A DNA stretch of 32,000 nt from an uncultured Chloroflexia bacterium (GCA_963718915.1 CAVRAI010000001.1:420001-452000), one strand, 5' to 3'; counted from the first letter of the stretch, positions 15,678 to 25,048 are shown. Notes: generated from the letters alone by a model not told the origin. Program-made: numbers and translations.

Positions 15678-17181
15678 AGTTGTCACTTCCGTTGCCAGTG
15701 GAGGCAGCGCTCGTGTCGTCGTCCCCCTCCTCAACATCTTCTGCCTCAAGCTCTGTTCCAGCAGCTGCCGCGACCGAGCTACCGCCCGCCAGCGCCAGCG
15801 ATCCCGCCCGCTGTGTCCGTCGCTCCGAGGGGCGATAGCGCGGCAGTTTGAGCGCGCTCTGCGGCAGCCCATAGAGGGCTGGATGCTGCGAGATGCCCGC
15901 GAGCTGTAGCACATGCAGGAAGTTCCGCGTCACCACCACCGCCGTGAAGAGGCTGAGCAGCACACCAAGCGCGAGGTTGATGGCAAAGCCGACGATCAGG
16001 GTTGCGCCAAAGTTATTGCCGAACCAGTACAGAATCAGACAGGTAATCAGTGTCGAGAAGTTCGAGTCGCGGATGGAGGGCCAGGCGCGTTTGAAGCCGA
16101 GATCGACGGCGGATGCCATCGTGCGGCCTGCCCGTAACTCCTCTTTCATCCGCTCGAATATCAGGATATTAGCGTCCACCGCCATGCCAATCGTCAGGAT
16201 GACGGCGGCGATGCCCGGCAGCGAAAGGGTGACGCCGAGCAGCTTGATGATGGCGAAGAGCAGCAGCGCGTAGAGAATCAGCGCGAGGTCGGCGATCAGG
16301 CCGGGCAGCCGATAGTAGACCAGCATGAAGAGGATAACCATCCCCAGGCCGACAATGGCGGCGCGAATGCTGAAGTCCAGCGCCTGCTGGCCGATGGTTG
16401 GGGCGATTTCCTGGCTGCTGACCACGTTCAACGGCAGCGGCAACGCGCCATATTTGAGCAGCGCCGCCAGATTCTGGGCGTCGGTAATGTTGCCGATGCC
16501 GGTAATCTGACCGTTGCCATCGATCTCACTCTGGATAGTCGCCGACTCGATCACGGTGTTATCAAGGGTAATTGTCAGTGGTTGACCGATGTGTTGGGCA
16601 GTATAGGTGGCAAAGTCGGTTTTGGCTTTGCCAGTAAAGGCGAAGGTGACAATCGGCTTGCCGCTACTTGAATCGAGGCCGGCAGAAATTTGATTGGTGT
16701 CGAGCTGCGCCCCGGTAAAGCGGACGGGATACTGTCCCGGCGTGACTTTGTCGCCGACCTGAACCGCAGTGGTGGCGCCAGACGTATCGATGATATTCAT
16801 TTCGCCGGTCTGACCCAGGAGGGCGCTGGCCTGTGCGGCGTCGGTGAAGCCGGGAAGTTCGACCAGCACCTTGTCGCCGCTGGCGCGCACCGAGGCTTCG
16901 CTCACCGCGAGGCCCTGCGCGATACGCCGGTTGATATTATCAACCACCTGTGGCATCACCGACTGTACGTCGCACTTGGGCTGCGCCTGCGGACAACTTG
17001 CCTGGAACACGAACTGGACGCCACCTTGCAGGTCCAGACCTTGCCGTAGCTGGAGATTATTCTGATATCCGGCAACGTTGATCGATGGCCAGTGAAACAC
17101 ACTCTGGAAGTCGACGTAGAATGCGCCCCCTGCCAGCAATAGAACGAACAGGAGAAAGAGCAAAGTCTTGCCACGACGCAT
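15667..17181 (-). CDS. secD: protein translocase subunit SecD, 504 aa
   Basis: ATG at 17179..17181 with GAGGGGGA upstream. An N-terminal TM helix is followed by a large periplasmic domain (LGLDLQGG), then a C-terminal 5-TM bundle with MAVDANILIFERMKEE. It has a long low-complexity C-terminal tail whose last 3 codons lie in the IS hairpin. Confidence 0.93.
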   Translation of the reverse strand: MRRGKTLLFLLFVLLLAGGAFYVDFQSVFHWPSINVAGYQNNLQLRQGLDLQGGVQFVFQASCPQAQPKCDVQSVMPQVVDNINRRIAQGLAVSEASVRASGDKVLVELPGFTDAAQASALLGQTGEMNIIDTSGATTAVQVGDKVTPGQYPVRFTGAQLDTNQISAGLDSSSGKPIVTFAFTGKAKTDFATYTAQHIGQPLTITLDNTVIESATIQSEIDGNGQITGIGNITDAQNLAALLKYGALPLPLNVVSSQEIAPTIGQQALDFSIRAAIVGLGMVILFMLVYYRLPGLIADLALILYALLLFAIIKLLGVTLSLPGIAAVILTIGMAVDANILIFERMKEELRAGRTMASAVDLGFKRAWPSIRDSNFSTLITCLILYWFGNNFGATLIVGFAINLALGVLLSLFTAVVVTRNFLHVLQLAGISQHPALYGLPQSALKLPRYRPSERRTQRAGSLALAGGSSVAAAAGTELEAEDVEEGDDDTSAASTGNGSDNSPA

Positions 17182-17645
17182 GGAGAATTATCCCCCTCGC
17201 TTAGTTTCTCCGGGCGACGGCCAAAGTGACTTGCTGGCCCGGATGGCGCCCATCCTCGCGCTATCCCGAAAGTTCACATCAGGTATGCTGATCCATTGGC
17301 TTCAGGAGTAGGCAAGATTACAGATAGTGGAACCAGGACATTATCCTGGCTAGTATAGCTGAGACGCGGCCCACTGTCAAATCGCGCATGACCGCCTTAA
17401 CCCGCTCTCCGTCAGGGTTGGCAGCTTCTGTCGCTGGAGTTGCTCTGACGCTGAAACGTTCGGTCTGATAGTAGGTGCGCTCGTATTCATCATAGGGTAC
17501 TACGCGACGAAGATGCTCTGGGTTCCCAACGGCAAGACATTTGGTGGGGGTGTTGGGACGGGCCTCACCCCCAGCCCCTCACCCACAGGGAGAGGGGAGC
17601 CAGAGCGTGGCTGCCACTCTGCGGACTTTCCATTGGTATCACTGG

Positions 17646-19787
17646 CTATTTCCCCACCGCCATATCATCGTCACCGTCCAGCGAGGATTCATCATTTTCG
17701 TCGGCATCGCTACTTGCCTGGTCGAGGCGTGCCGCGGTTCGGAGGCATTGCTCCAACCAATCCGACGCGCCATCGGCGATTTTGACGTCGCTGTCATCCA
17801 TCGGGCGGCTATGTTTGAATGCATTGCGGGCATTCAGCACAGAGCTAAACATCTGCTCGAATCGCGGCTTCTGGCCGAAGACATCCTGGAACAGACTCCA
17901 GTTGTAGAGGATGATCTGGGGATAATCGCTGAACTGACAATGCTCCAATTTGACTTCGAGAGACTCGAACTGGCCAGCCTCGAACGGGTTATGCTGCACG
18001 CGCTGGCTGATGCGCTGCTCAATTTTGGAGCGCGTATCGCCGGGCATGCCGCGTTTCCACGCGAGCGCGCCGAACTCACGCTCAAGGCGCAATCGAATGA
18101 TCTGGCGTATCGAGTCTTCCAGCGTGTCGATATGTGTCTCCAATAAAGCCAGCGCGCTCGTCGCCCACGTCGCCGGGGCATCCATCAACGATTGCAGCAG
18201 ATTATTGATCTCATTGGCGAGTTGCGTTCGGCGTCGTAGCGTAAATTCTTCGTACTGATCGAGTGTCCAGAGGGCGCTGTCCATGGGAACGCTCTGGGCA
18301 ACGAGGCGCGACGGCTCAATCGTGCTCAGATATTCGGACGGCGCCTGGCTGGAGATACGGCCATTCGCCCTCGCGGAGAGAAACGCCAGGTTCGCCACCT
18401 GATTGATGACGCGGCTATCTTGTCGCAGGTCATAGCGAGTCTTGAGCAATGCCTTGGGGAAGATATGATGGTACTCGAGTGTCTGGTTGCCGCCAATCGC
18501 GACCCCGTTAAACCAGTCTTGCGCATGGGCGCGTCGCGCGAGCACATACGCCATGAGCATGTAGGGTGAGTTGTTGAGTTGATCCTGTAGCTCACGCTCG
18601 GTGACGGGGCGCTTGCCAACCTTATCCTCGATGTTCTGGATCATGCGCTGGATGGGCTGATCGTTATCACGTAGCAGCGCCGCGATATCCTGGTCGAGAT
18701 TTGTCTCCGTCGGCCCAGTGTAGCGCGACCAGATCAGCGCCAAGTAGAGCCAGCGCCGCAGATCGCGTGTCTGCTGCTCGGTGACACTCTGACCAAAGTG
18801 GTCGAAGAACACCGAGAGTGGCACGAGCACATAGTCGGTCGGCATCATCGAGAGGCGATCAATCAGGCAGTTTTGGACAAGAAAGTCAATGGCTTGCGTC
18901 ATCGCGGGCCTGGCGCGGCGCCACGCCGCCTGCAAATCCTCCACACCGAGATGCTCGCGCCCGCTACGGAATAACTGGCTTAAGCGACTCTGACTGGTGA
19001 GGAGTGCGGTGAGCACACGCAGCAGGATACTGTAATCCAGTTCCCATCCTCGCTGACGGATGTGATAGAGGTAGTTGTCAAACTCTTCGGTCACGCCACG
19101 CCACCTGCTCGATACCTGCGCCAGCGCGAGATCGGCGCTATTGAGCTTTGTGCCTCCGGAGTTGATGCGGACGAAGATATGCGTGACTTCCTCGTAGCTC
19201 AGACCTTCCAGCACATTGAGGCGGTACTTGTAGCTGCGGATGTTATCCAGCGCATTGATGCGCTCATAGGCCGCGTCTCCCTCAGGAGTGCCGAACTCCA
19301 ACTTCAAATCGCGGAGAATAGTCGCCGCACCCTGGGTAAAGAGGCGCGTCAGCGAGACCCATCCAGCCTGGGCATGGTGCGCCGCGCTGGCAACCTCAAA
19401 CTTTGGATCATAGACATTGAAGACGATATCAATCGCGCGTGTCCGCCACCTGACATGCAGCGGATTTCCGAGCATCACAGCGGCGAGCGAGGTCATGCGT
19501 TGCTGCCCATCGAGCAACAGTCGCGGGCGACGGTCTGGGGCGGCAATACCTGTAAGACCAAGTGAGCGCGAGTACGGTAGATCATCAGTATCCCAGACGA
19601 GGAGTTGCCCGCTGGGGTAGTTGTGATAGAGCGAATCGAAAAAGTCGCGCACCTGGGTTGAATCCCAGACATAGGCGCGCTGCATCTCTGGCAGGAGCAG
19701 CCGTCCATCGCGAATATCCTCTACAAGCGATTGAATGCCTTTGTCTTCGGTCGTAATCACGCGATACTCCTCTGCGCAGCCATACAT
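17646..19787 (-). CDS. GmrSD-like three-domain protein: DUF262 (ParB-like NTPase/nuclease) + DUF1524 (HNH/His-Me finger-like) + C-terminal Swt1-type HEPN, 713 aa
   Basis: ORF-track frame 17646..19841(-); start chosen at the ATG 19785..19787 (MYGCAEEY...). DUF262 signatures are LLLPEMQRAYVWD and LLLDGQQR. The DUF1524-like motif is LEYHHIFPKALL...VANLAFLSARANGRIS. The C-terminal helical domain has RNAFKH (R at 17826..17828, H at 17811..17813), matching the HEPN Rx4H motif. Confidence 0.85.
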   Translation of the reverse strand: MYGCAEEYRVITTEDKGIQSLVEDIRDGRLLLPEMQRAYVWDSTQVRDFFDSLYHNYPSGQLLVWDTDDLPYSRSLGLTGIAAPDRRPRLLLDGQQRMTSLAAVMLGNPLHVRWRTRAIDIVFNVYDPKFEVASAAHHAQAGWVSLTRLFTQGAATILRDLKLEFGTPEGDAAYERINALDNIRSYKYRLNVLEGLSYEEVTHIFVRINSGGTKLNSADLALAQVSSRWRGVTEEFDNYLYHIRQRGWELDYSILLRVLTALLTSQSRLSQLFRSGREHLGVEDLQAAWRRARPAMTQAIDFLVQNCLIDRLSMMPTDYVLVPLSVFFDHFGQSVTEQQTRDLRRWLYLALIWSRYTGPTETNLDQDIAALLRDNDQPIQRMIQNIEDKVGKRPVTERELQDQLNNSPYMLMAYVLARRAHAQDWFNGVAIGGNQTLEYHHIFPKALLKTRYDLRQDSRVINQVANLAFLSARANGRISSQAPSEYLSTIEPSRLVAQSVPMDSALWTLDQYEEFTLRRRTQLANEINNLLQSLMDAPATWATSALALLETHIDTLEDSIRQIIRLRLEREFGALAWKRGMPGDTRSKIEQRISQRVQHNPFEAGQFESLEVKLEHCQFSDYPQIILYNWSLFQDVFGQKPRFEQMFSSVLNARNAFKHSRPMDDSDVKIADGASDWLEQCLRTAARLDQASSDADENDESSLDGDDDMAVGK

Positions 19788-19855
19788 CAATATCCACCAC
19801 CATTGTATCAGCAAACAGCCAGACGCTCCACTCCATCCCATCGCGGTATCTGCTG

Positions 19856-19880
19856 ATTCGCCGTAGCGTTCACGCTACGG
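19856..19880. repeat. hairpin repeat CGTAGCG-TTCA-CGCTACG with conserved 5' flank
   Basis: 19856..19879 is identical to 4313..4336 (24 nt). Confidence 0.85.
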
Positions 19881-19936
19881 TCTGCCTCGCGCACCACGAC
19901 GTATAGTGTTCGGAAGAAAAAGTAAAAGTACATAAT

Positions 19937-20025
19937 GCCGCGGCTAATCCCGCCCGATGGGTTCGCTCGGTGGTCTCAAGTGGTTACCAACCGTCCAGGA
20001 TTAGCCGTGGTCTTCAGGCCACGGC
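19937..20025. repeat. REP/BIME-like inverted pair (left unit truncated)
   Basis: GGCTAATCC (19942..19950) and its reverse complement GGATTAGCC (19998..20006) start 56 nt apart. The right unit continues into the hairpin GCCGTGG-TCTTCAGG-CCACGGC (20004..20025), which ends 9 nt before the jetC-like stop codon. Confidence 0.8.
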
Positions 20026-20033
20026 GCGCCCCA

Positions 20034-23000
20034 CTACCGCCTTGGGATGACCACCTCGTCCTCGGCGTCATCTACGTCTGGCGCGGGGGCGGCGCGCAGG
20101 TGAAGCGCCTCGCGGGCGATCAGCCCGTTGGGAAGCTGGCGCAGACGATAGGCGGTGGCGTAGTTGACGCCCTCGGAGAAGAGGTCGAGGTTGGGGCTGG
20201 CGATCACCAGGCCCATGCCCAGTTGCTGCGCGAAACGCACCACCAGGTCGGCGTTGCGCTGATCCATCCGGGCGAACGCCTCGTCGTGCATCAAGAGACG
20301 TAGCGGCGCGTTCGAGACGGCGAACTGCATCGCCGCCGCTGTCAGCAGCAGCACATAGACCGGCACGCGCTGCTCGCCGCCGCTGCCGAAGCCAGAGACC
20401 GCGCTATCCCACGGGCGCACGCGCGGATCGAGGTCGTCGCAGTGTAGCAGGGAGATTTCCACCCAGCGGCGATAATCGAGCTGCTCGACCAGCGCCTCAA
20501 CCGACGCCTGCGCCTCGCCTTTCATCTGCTCATCCAGCCAACCCGCGAAGATCGCCGTCAACTGCCCCTGCACGCCCGCGGGCATCGCATGGCCATGCTC
20601 GAGCAGCGCCGCCGCCACGGCGACATGATCGAAGGGGATATCCCCGTGGCGCGTCAGCCGCACCGAAAGCTTGAGCGAGAAGCGCGTGTTACGGGCGAAG
20701 AAGCGCGCGGTCTGTAGCCGCTCGTTCAGGCCGTTGATGATGCTGTCGGCGCGGGTCAGCTGGTCGACCAGATGGCTCACCACCTCGCCCAGAATGATCT
20801 CGCGCACGACGCGCGTCACCCGTTGCGAGAGATTTTGCTGCAACTGGTCAATGGTCACGCTGAGGAAGTTGAGCAGCAGCCGGATATCGCTAGTGCCCTC
20901 CAGCCGCGGCGCGACATTCAGCAGCCAGCCCTGCGGAGCCAGCGCCAGCGCGTGTTTGCTTGGCGAGCGCAGGCCGAAGCGGTCGTCGGCGCCGACCATC
21001 GCCTGATACTCGGCGACCGCCACGAGAAAGCCCTCCTGCTCGCGCTCGGCGGCGCTGAACGCGCGCGGCAGGTCGTCGTCGAGGCGCTGGCGGCTCTCGC
21101 GTCCCTTCATCGTCTGGCGGGCGTAGCGCACTGGATCATCCACCTGGTTGGCGGGCAGATCGAGGCTATCGGCGACCGCATGCAGCAGCGCGCCGAAGGC
21201 GGTATTGCGCTCGTTGAGCTGGTGTGTCGCCTGCTCTGCCGTCTGCGCCTGGTGGTCGCGCTCCTGTTTGGCGGCATCCTGCTGGTGCAACGCGATGCCT
21301 TTAGCGACGCCCGTCTTGCGCGCGTTTTCCTCCGCCGCCTTCAGCTGTCGCTGAAGCTGTGTGATACGCGCCTCGACATCCTCCAGACCCGCCGCCCGCA
21401 GCGCGTTGCGCGCCTGATTGAGCAGCCGCTGCGCCTCGATCACTTTCTGGTCCAGCGTATCCATCTGCGCCCGCGCCATGCCGTAGGTCTCGCTCTCGAC
21501 ATCGTGCGCGTCTTCGGCGGTGCGCACGCGCGAGTGCAGTTGTTCCAGACGGCTGCGCGTCTCGGTGATGCGGGTGATGGTATCGGCCACCGCCTGTTGT
21601 AGCGCGGCCCGCGCGCGCGCCAGCATCGCGGGATCGTCCAGCGCGGGATAGGCGGCGGTCGCGTCGTCCCAGCGTCCGCGCGCGTCGTCTTCATCGGCGG
21701 CGGCGTCCTGCACGGCGCGCCCGGCGGCGGTCAGCCTGACGGCGGCCTCTTCCTCCGTCTGGCGGAGCGACTTCATCTCGCTGCGGCGCTGCTCCACCTC
21801 CTCCAGCATATGCGCCACCTCGGAGAAAGCGCGCACCCGTCCCTCGGCCTCACGGGCTGCCTCGCGTTCGGCCTTCAGCGACGCGCGCAGGTCATCCAAC
21901 TCGCGCAGAAGGGTGTTCTGCTCGCGGGCCAGCTCCTCGCGGCGGGCGGCGGCGGCGGCCTGGCGACGCACCACGCCAATCAGCGCCTCGGCGCGGCGGC
22001 GCAATCGCACCGTTCCCGCGATATCGCCCAGACGATAGCGGCCATCCTGGCAGAGGTAGTCGCCGTTGCGAGGTGGATCCTGCACCAGCGCCACGCTGCT
22101 AAAGACGGCGTCGAGATAGCGGCGCGCGTCGGGCGAATTGGTGACCAGCACCGTGGCGAGCGCGTTTTTGATCGGCTTGCCCCCGGCTGCAGTCGACTGC
22201 AGCACATGCCAGTCCACCTCGCCACTTGCCGCCGCCCGCGCCCGCTCCAGCGGCAGCGTGGTGGTCAGCAGCGTCAGCACATCCAGGTGCTCCAGCAGCC
22301 CTTCGATGGCCTCGCCCCAAGGCACACCCTCGCGCGCCAGATCGAGCGCGCGATAGAATGGAGCGGCGGAGCCATCGGCCTGGCGCAGTCGCCCCAGCGC
22401 GTGTTCGCGCTCCGGCGAGAGTGGCGGGATTGGCTCGGTCTGCGTCTGGCTCGTCTCGTGTTCGATCTCAGCCAGCTTCGCCTCGACCTCGGCGATACGC
22501 ACCTCCAGCCGGGCGGCGCGGGCGCTGGCTTCATGCACCGCCGTATGGGCGCGATCCAGTTCCTCCTGGCAGTTCTGCATCAGCGGCGGCAGCGCCATGG
22601 TGCTCGGTTCCTCACCGGGCGTCCGGCCCAACACACCGCCGGGCCAGCGGTTGACCATCCGGTCCCACCGCGCCCAGAGCGCCTGCCGCGCTGATTGCAA
22701 GGCTCGTTGCGCCGCCTCGTGCTGGGTGCGCGCCTCTCGCTCGTCCTGGCGAGCGTCGGTGGTCGTGCGGCTGGCCTCCACGATGCGCTTGGCATGGGCG
22801 TCCAGCCCGGCAAGCTCGCCATCCGTCGCGACCCAAGCGCCATGCAGCACGTCGGCCAGAATCTGGTCGCCCGGCTCGGCGATGTTCTGCTTCCAGGCAT
22901 CCTGGAGCGTGGCAGGCAGGGCGCCCAGCGCCTTCGCGCCACGGTCGCGCAGTTCGGAGAGACGCGCCCGCGCGCTTTCCTCCTCGGAGCGCAGATGCTG

Positions 23001-24203
23001 GCGGGCGGACGCCACTGACGTTTCCGAGCGCTGGAGCCGCTCTTGCGCCTGACGTAGCTCGCGCTCGGCCCGGTCTTGCTCGCGTTGGGCCGCATCGACT
23101 GCCTCATTGGCGTGGGCCACCGCCTGCACCACCTCGCCCTGGTGCAACTGCTGCAGCGCGTCCAGTTCGCGGCGGTTCGCGCCCTCCTCGGCGTAGGCGG
23201 CCTCTTCGCTGACCTCGGCCTGGCGCGCCTCCGATTCGGCCTCGCGCAGCTTCGCCTCAGCCGTGGCGAGCGCCTGGGCGGCGTCATCGCTGGCCCACTG
23301 CGTCCGCAGCCAGGTCATGCCGGCATGGGTGAGCGCCGCCTCATGGTATTTGCGCCGCGCCTCGACCACGCCGCCAAGCATCGCGCTCAGCTTGCCATAT
23401 TCTTCGATGTCGCGATGAATCCGCTGGATGCCTTCCAGTCCCTCGACCAGCCGCTCCAGGTGGGGGCGGTCGACGATGGGCAGGAAGTGGCGGACGACGC
23501 CGCTGGGATCCGAGACGAGCGCATCGTCCACTTTGAGGCCGAGCATGCGGTGTAGCACGTCGTAGAGCGCATCGTAGCGGCGCTGCCAGTCGGCGCCTTC
23601 GATATTGAGCAGCCGCCGCGCCACCAGCCGGTTATAGTCCTCGGCCTGGGTGGCGTTGAAGACCGCGCCGCCGGTATTGACGAATGTCTCGTTGCGCGCG
23701 CGGAAGTCCTGCATCTGGAGGGGCGCCTGTCCCTGCGCCGTGACCTCCAGAAAGGCAATCTGATCGAGCATGGTTGGCAGCGCGTAATACCACGGGTGCG
23801 AAGAGTGGGGAGTCGCCGCCGCCGCCGCGCCATAGACCCAGCGCCCCTCGCCTTCGTGCTCGATCTCCACCGCGCAGTAGCCGACGGTGCGCTGTCGCCG
23901 CCAGCCTTTATTGGCGTGCTCGATGCCGTGCGGATCGAAGAAGAGGATCGTGTTACTGAGGGTGCGTTTGCTGGTGCGCCCGCCCTCGCGCGCGGCGGCG
24001 TTGAACTGTTTGTTGGAAGTGGGGAAGAGCGCCCAGTCTATCGCGTCGAGAATCAGCGACTTGCCGGAGCCGTTCTCGCCGATGATGGCGAGCATATCGC
24101 CCATCACGTCGAGAGTGGCGTTTTCGTGGCCGTGCCAGTTAATCAGGCGGATGCGGCGAATCCACGCGCGTCCCTGCGGTCCCTGTGGCGCCCGACTGCT
24201 CAT
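20034..24203 (-). CDS. jetC: SMC-like ATPase of the JetC/MksB type, 1389 aa
   Basis: The N-terminal head is IRRIRLINWHGHENATLDV...IIGENGSGKSLILDAIDWAL (Walker A at 24057..24080). It is followed by about 900 aa of A/E/R/Q-rich coiled coil. The C-terminal head has SGGEQ (signature), LLMHDEAF (Walker B, D at 20283..20285) and GLVIASP. The start overlaps the upstream stop in ATGA, with AAGGAGG upstream. Confidence 0.85.
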   Translation of the reverse strand: MSSRAPQGPQGRAWIRRIRLINWHGHENATLDVMGDMLAIIGENGSGKSLILDAIDWALFPTSNKQFNAAAREGGRTSKRTLSNTILFFDPHGIEHANKGWRRQRTVGYCAVEIEHEGEGRWVYGAAAAATPHSSHPWYYALPTMLDQIAFLEVTAQGQAPLQMQDFRARNETFVNTGGAVFNATQAEDYNRLVARRLLNIEGADWQRRYDALYDVLHRMLGLKVDDALVSDPSGVVRHFLPIVDRPHLERLVEGLEGIQRIHRDIEEYGKLSAMLGGVVEARRKYHEAALTHAGMTWLRTQWASDDAAQALATAEAKLREAESEARQAEVSEEAAYAEEGANRRELDALQQLHQGEVVQAVAHANEAVDAAQREQDRAERELRQAQERLQRSETSVASARQHLRSEEESARARLSELRDRGAKALGALPATLQDAWKQNIAEPGDQILADVLHGAWVATDGELAGLDAHAKRIVEASRTTTDARQDEREARTQHEAAQRALQSARQALWARWDRMVNRWPGGVLGRTPGEEPSTMALPPLMQNCQEELDRAHTAVHEASARAARLEVRIAEVEAKLAEIEHETSQTQTEPIPPLSPEREHALGRLRQADGSAAPFYRALDLAREGVPWGEAIEGLLEHLDVLTLLTTTLPLERARAAASGEVDWHVLQSTAAGGKPIKNALATVLVTNSPDARRYLDAVFSSVALVQDPPRNGDYLCQDGRYRLGDIAGTVRLRRRAEALIGVVRRQAAAAARREELAREQNTLLRELDDLRASLKAEREAAREAEGRVRAFSEVAHMLEEVEQRRSEMKSLRQTEEEAAVRLTAAGRAVQDAAADEDDARGRWDDATAAYPALDDPAMLARARAALQQAVADTITRITETRSRLEQLHSRVRTAEDAHDVESETYGMARAQMDTLDQKVIEAQRLLNQARNALRAAGLEDVEARITQLQRQLKAAEENARKTGVAKGIALHQQDAAKQERDHQAQTAEQATHQLNERNTAFGALLHAVADSLDLPANQVDDPVRYARQTMKGRESRQRLDDDLPRAFSAAEREQEGFLVAVAEYQAMVGADDRFGLRSPSKHALALAPQGWLLNVAPRLEGTSDIRLLLNFLSVTIDQLQQNLSQRVTRVVREIILGEVVSHLVDQLTRADSIINGLNERLQTARFFARNTRFSLKLSVRLTRHGDIPFDHVAVAAALLEHGHAMPAGVQGQLTAIFAGWLDEQMKGEAQASVEALVEQLDYRRWVEISLLHCDDLDPRVRPWDSAVSGFGSGGEQRVPVYVLLLTAAAMQFAVSNAPLRLLMHDEAFARMDQRNADLVVRFAQQLGMGLVIASPNLDLFSEGVNYATAYRLRQLPNGLIAREALHLRAAPAPDVDDAEDEVVIPRR

Positions 24204-25048
24204 GCGTCGCCTCCTTCGTCGTCATCATCATTCTCGGCGAGATCGTCATGAGCCACCAGCCCGGCGGGCGGTAGGAAGCGGTCGATCAGGTCGGTGAACT
24301 CGTAGACGCCGCTGAAGTCGCGCTCGTCCAATTTAAACTGCTCGCCGGGCAACTGGCGGTCGTCGGCGCCGATGCGGCGAATCAGCCGGTAGCGCTCGAA
24401 GGCGGCAAACGCCTGGTAGAATGCCCGCTGGTTGGCGCGCACGCGCTGGGCGGCGCTCGCCCGCACCGGGGCGGACGTTTTGGCGCGGCTGGTGGTGGCC
24501 GTCGCGGTTGCGGTTGCGCCTGACGCGCCGCGCTTGCGGCTGCGGGAGGCGGGCTTCTCTTCCGCCAGTTCCTCATCATCTTCGGCGTCGGCCTCGCCAC
24601 GGGTCGCCAACGCCTCGTTGATGATCGCCTCGTCGAAGCTGAGCCAGGGCGAGAGCCGCTGCCCCTCCTCGGCGACATAGCGGAAAAGCTCGGAGAAGCG
24701 GAAAACGGTGGCGGAGTCGCCCGATTCGAGCAGGCGCACGCTGCGATAGGCGCGAATCAGGCAGGCGTAGGCGGTCTGTTTGCGGGCGGTCAGCTCGAAG
24801 ACATCGGCCACCAGTAGCTCGCGCTGGCGTGGCGCGGTGGGCCAGTAGGCGCGCGCCCAGCGTCCAAGGCGCAGTTCCAGCCGCGCGCCCAGCTCATCCT
24901 CGAAGAAGCGCTGCTCGCCGATGTAGTGCTGCGTGAGCCAGAGAAACTCGTCGGGCGACTCATCCTGCAGGATCGCGGCCTGCTCGATCAGCATGCGCCG
25001 CACCCGTCGCGCCAAATCCTGCTCGCGTTGTCCTGTGTATGTTGGCAT
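24200..25048 (-). CDS. JetB/MksE-position protein (DUF4194-like by architecture), 282 aa
   Basis: ORF-track frame 24200..25111(-) opens with TTG. I prefer the ATG at 25046..25048, preceded by GGAG. The product is helical, with an internal low-complexity insert (EADAEDDEELAEEKPASRSRKRGASGATATATATTSRAK) and an acidic tail. It is translationally coupled to the SMC-like gene. Family assignment rests on position, size and a loose motif resemblance. Confidence 0.6.
   Translation of the reverse strand: MPTYTGQREQDLARRVRRMLIEQAAILQDESPDEFLWLTQHYIGEQRFFEDELGARLELRLGRWARAYWPTAPRQRELLVADVFELTARKQTAYACLIRAYRSVRLLESGDSATVFRFSELFRYVAEEGQRLSPWLSFDEAIINEALATRGEADAEDDEELAEEKPASRSRKRGASGATATATATTSRAKTSAPVRASAAQRVRANQRAFYQAFAAFERYRLIRRIGADDRQLPGEQFKLDERDFSGVYEFTDLIDRFLPPAGLVAHDDLAENDDDDEGGDA

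Noticed and set aside
17513-17785. ORF reading ...PSPSPTGRGEPERG... over a G/C-rich palindrome (CCCCTC 17575..17580 / GAGGGG 17592..17597)
   Set aside because: The peptide is the usual artefact of translating a GC-rich palindromic intergenic motif. Only one copy is in the window, so I cannot support a repeat-family call. It may serve as a 3' hairpin of the DUF262 gene, but there is no T-run.
19842-20033. Search for a JetD/Toprim remnant between the SMC-like gene and the DUF262 gene
   Set aside because: The gap is under 250 bp, is filled by repeat units, and has no ORF. No Toprim-like (DxD / E..G) coding remnant could be read in any frame.
20671-23959. Many 60-290 aa ORFs on both strands inside the SMC-like gene (e.g. 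20772..21602+, 21810..22694+, 22580..23287-)
   Set aside because: They all overlap the 1389-aa ORF, which has head and coiled-coil motifs. Their translations are Arg/Ala/Pro-rich low-complexity sequence, as expected from off-frame reading of ~70% G+C DNA.
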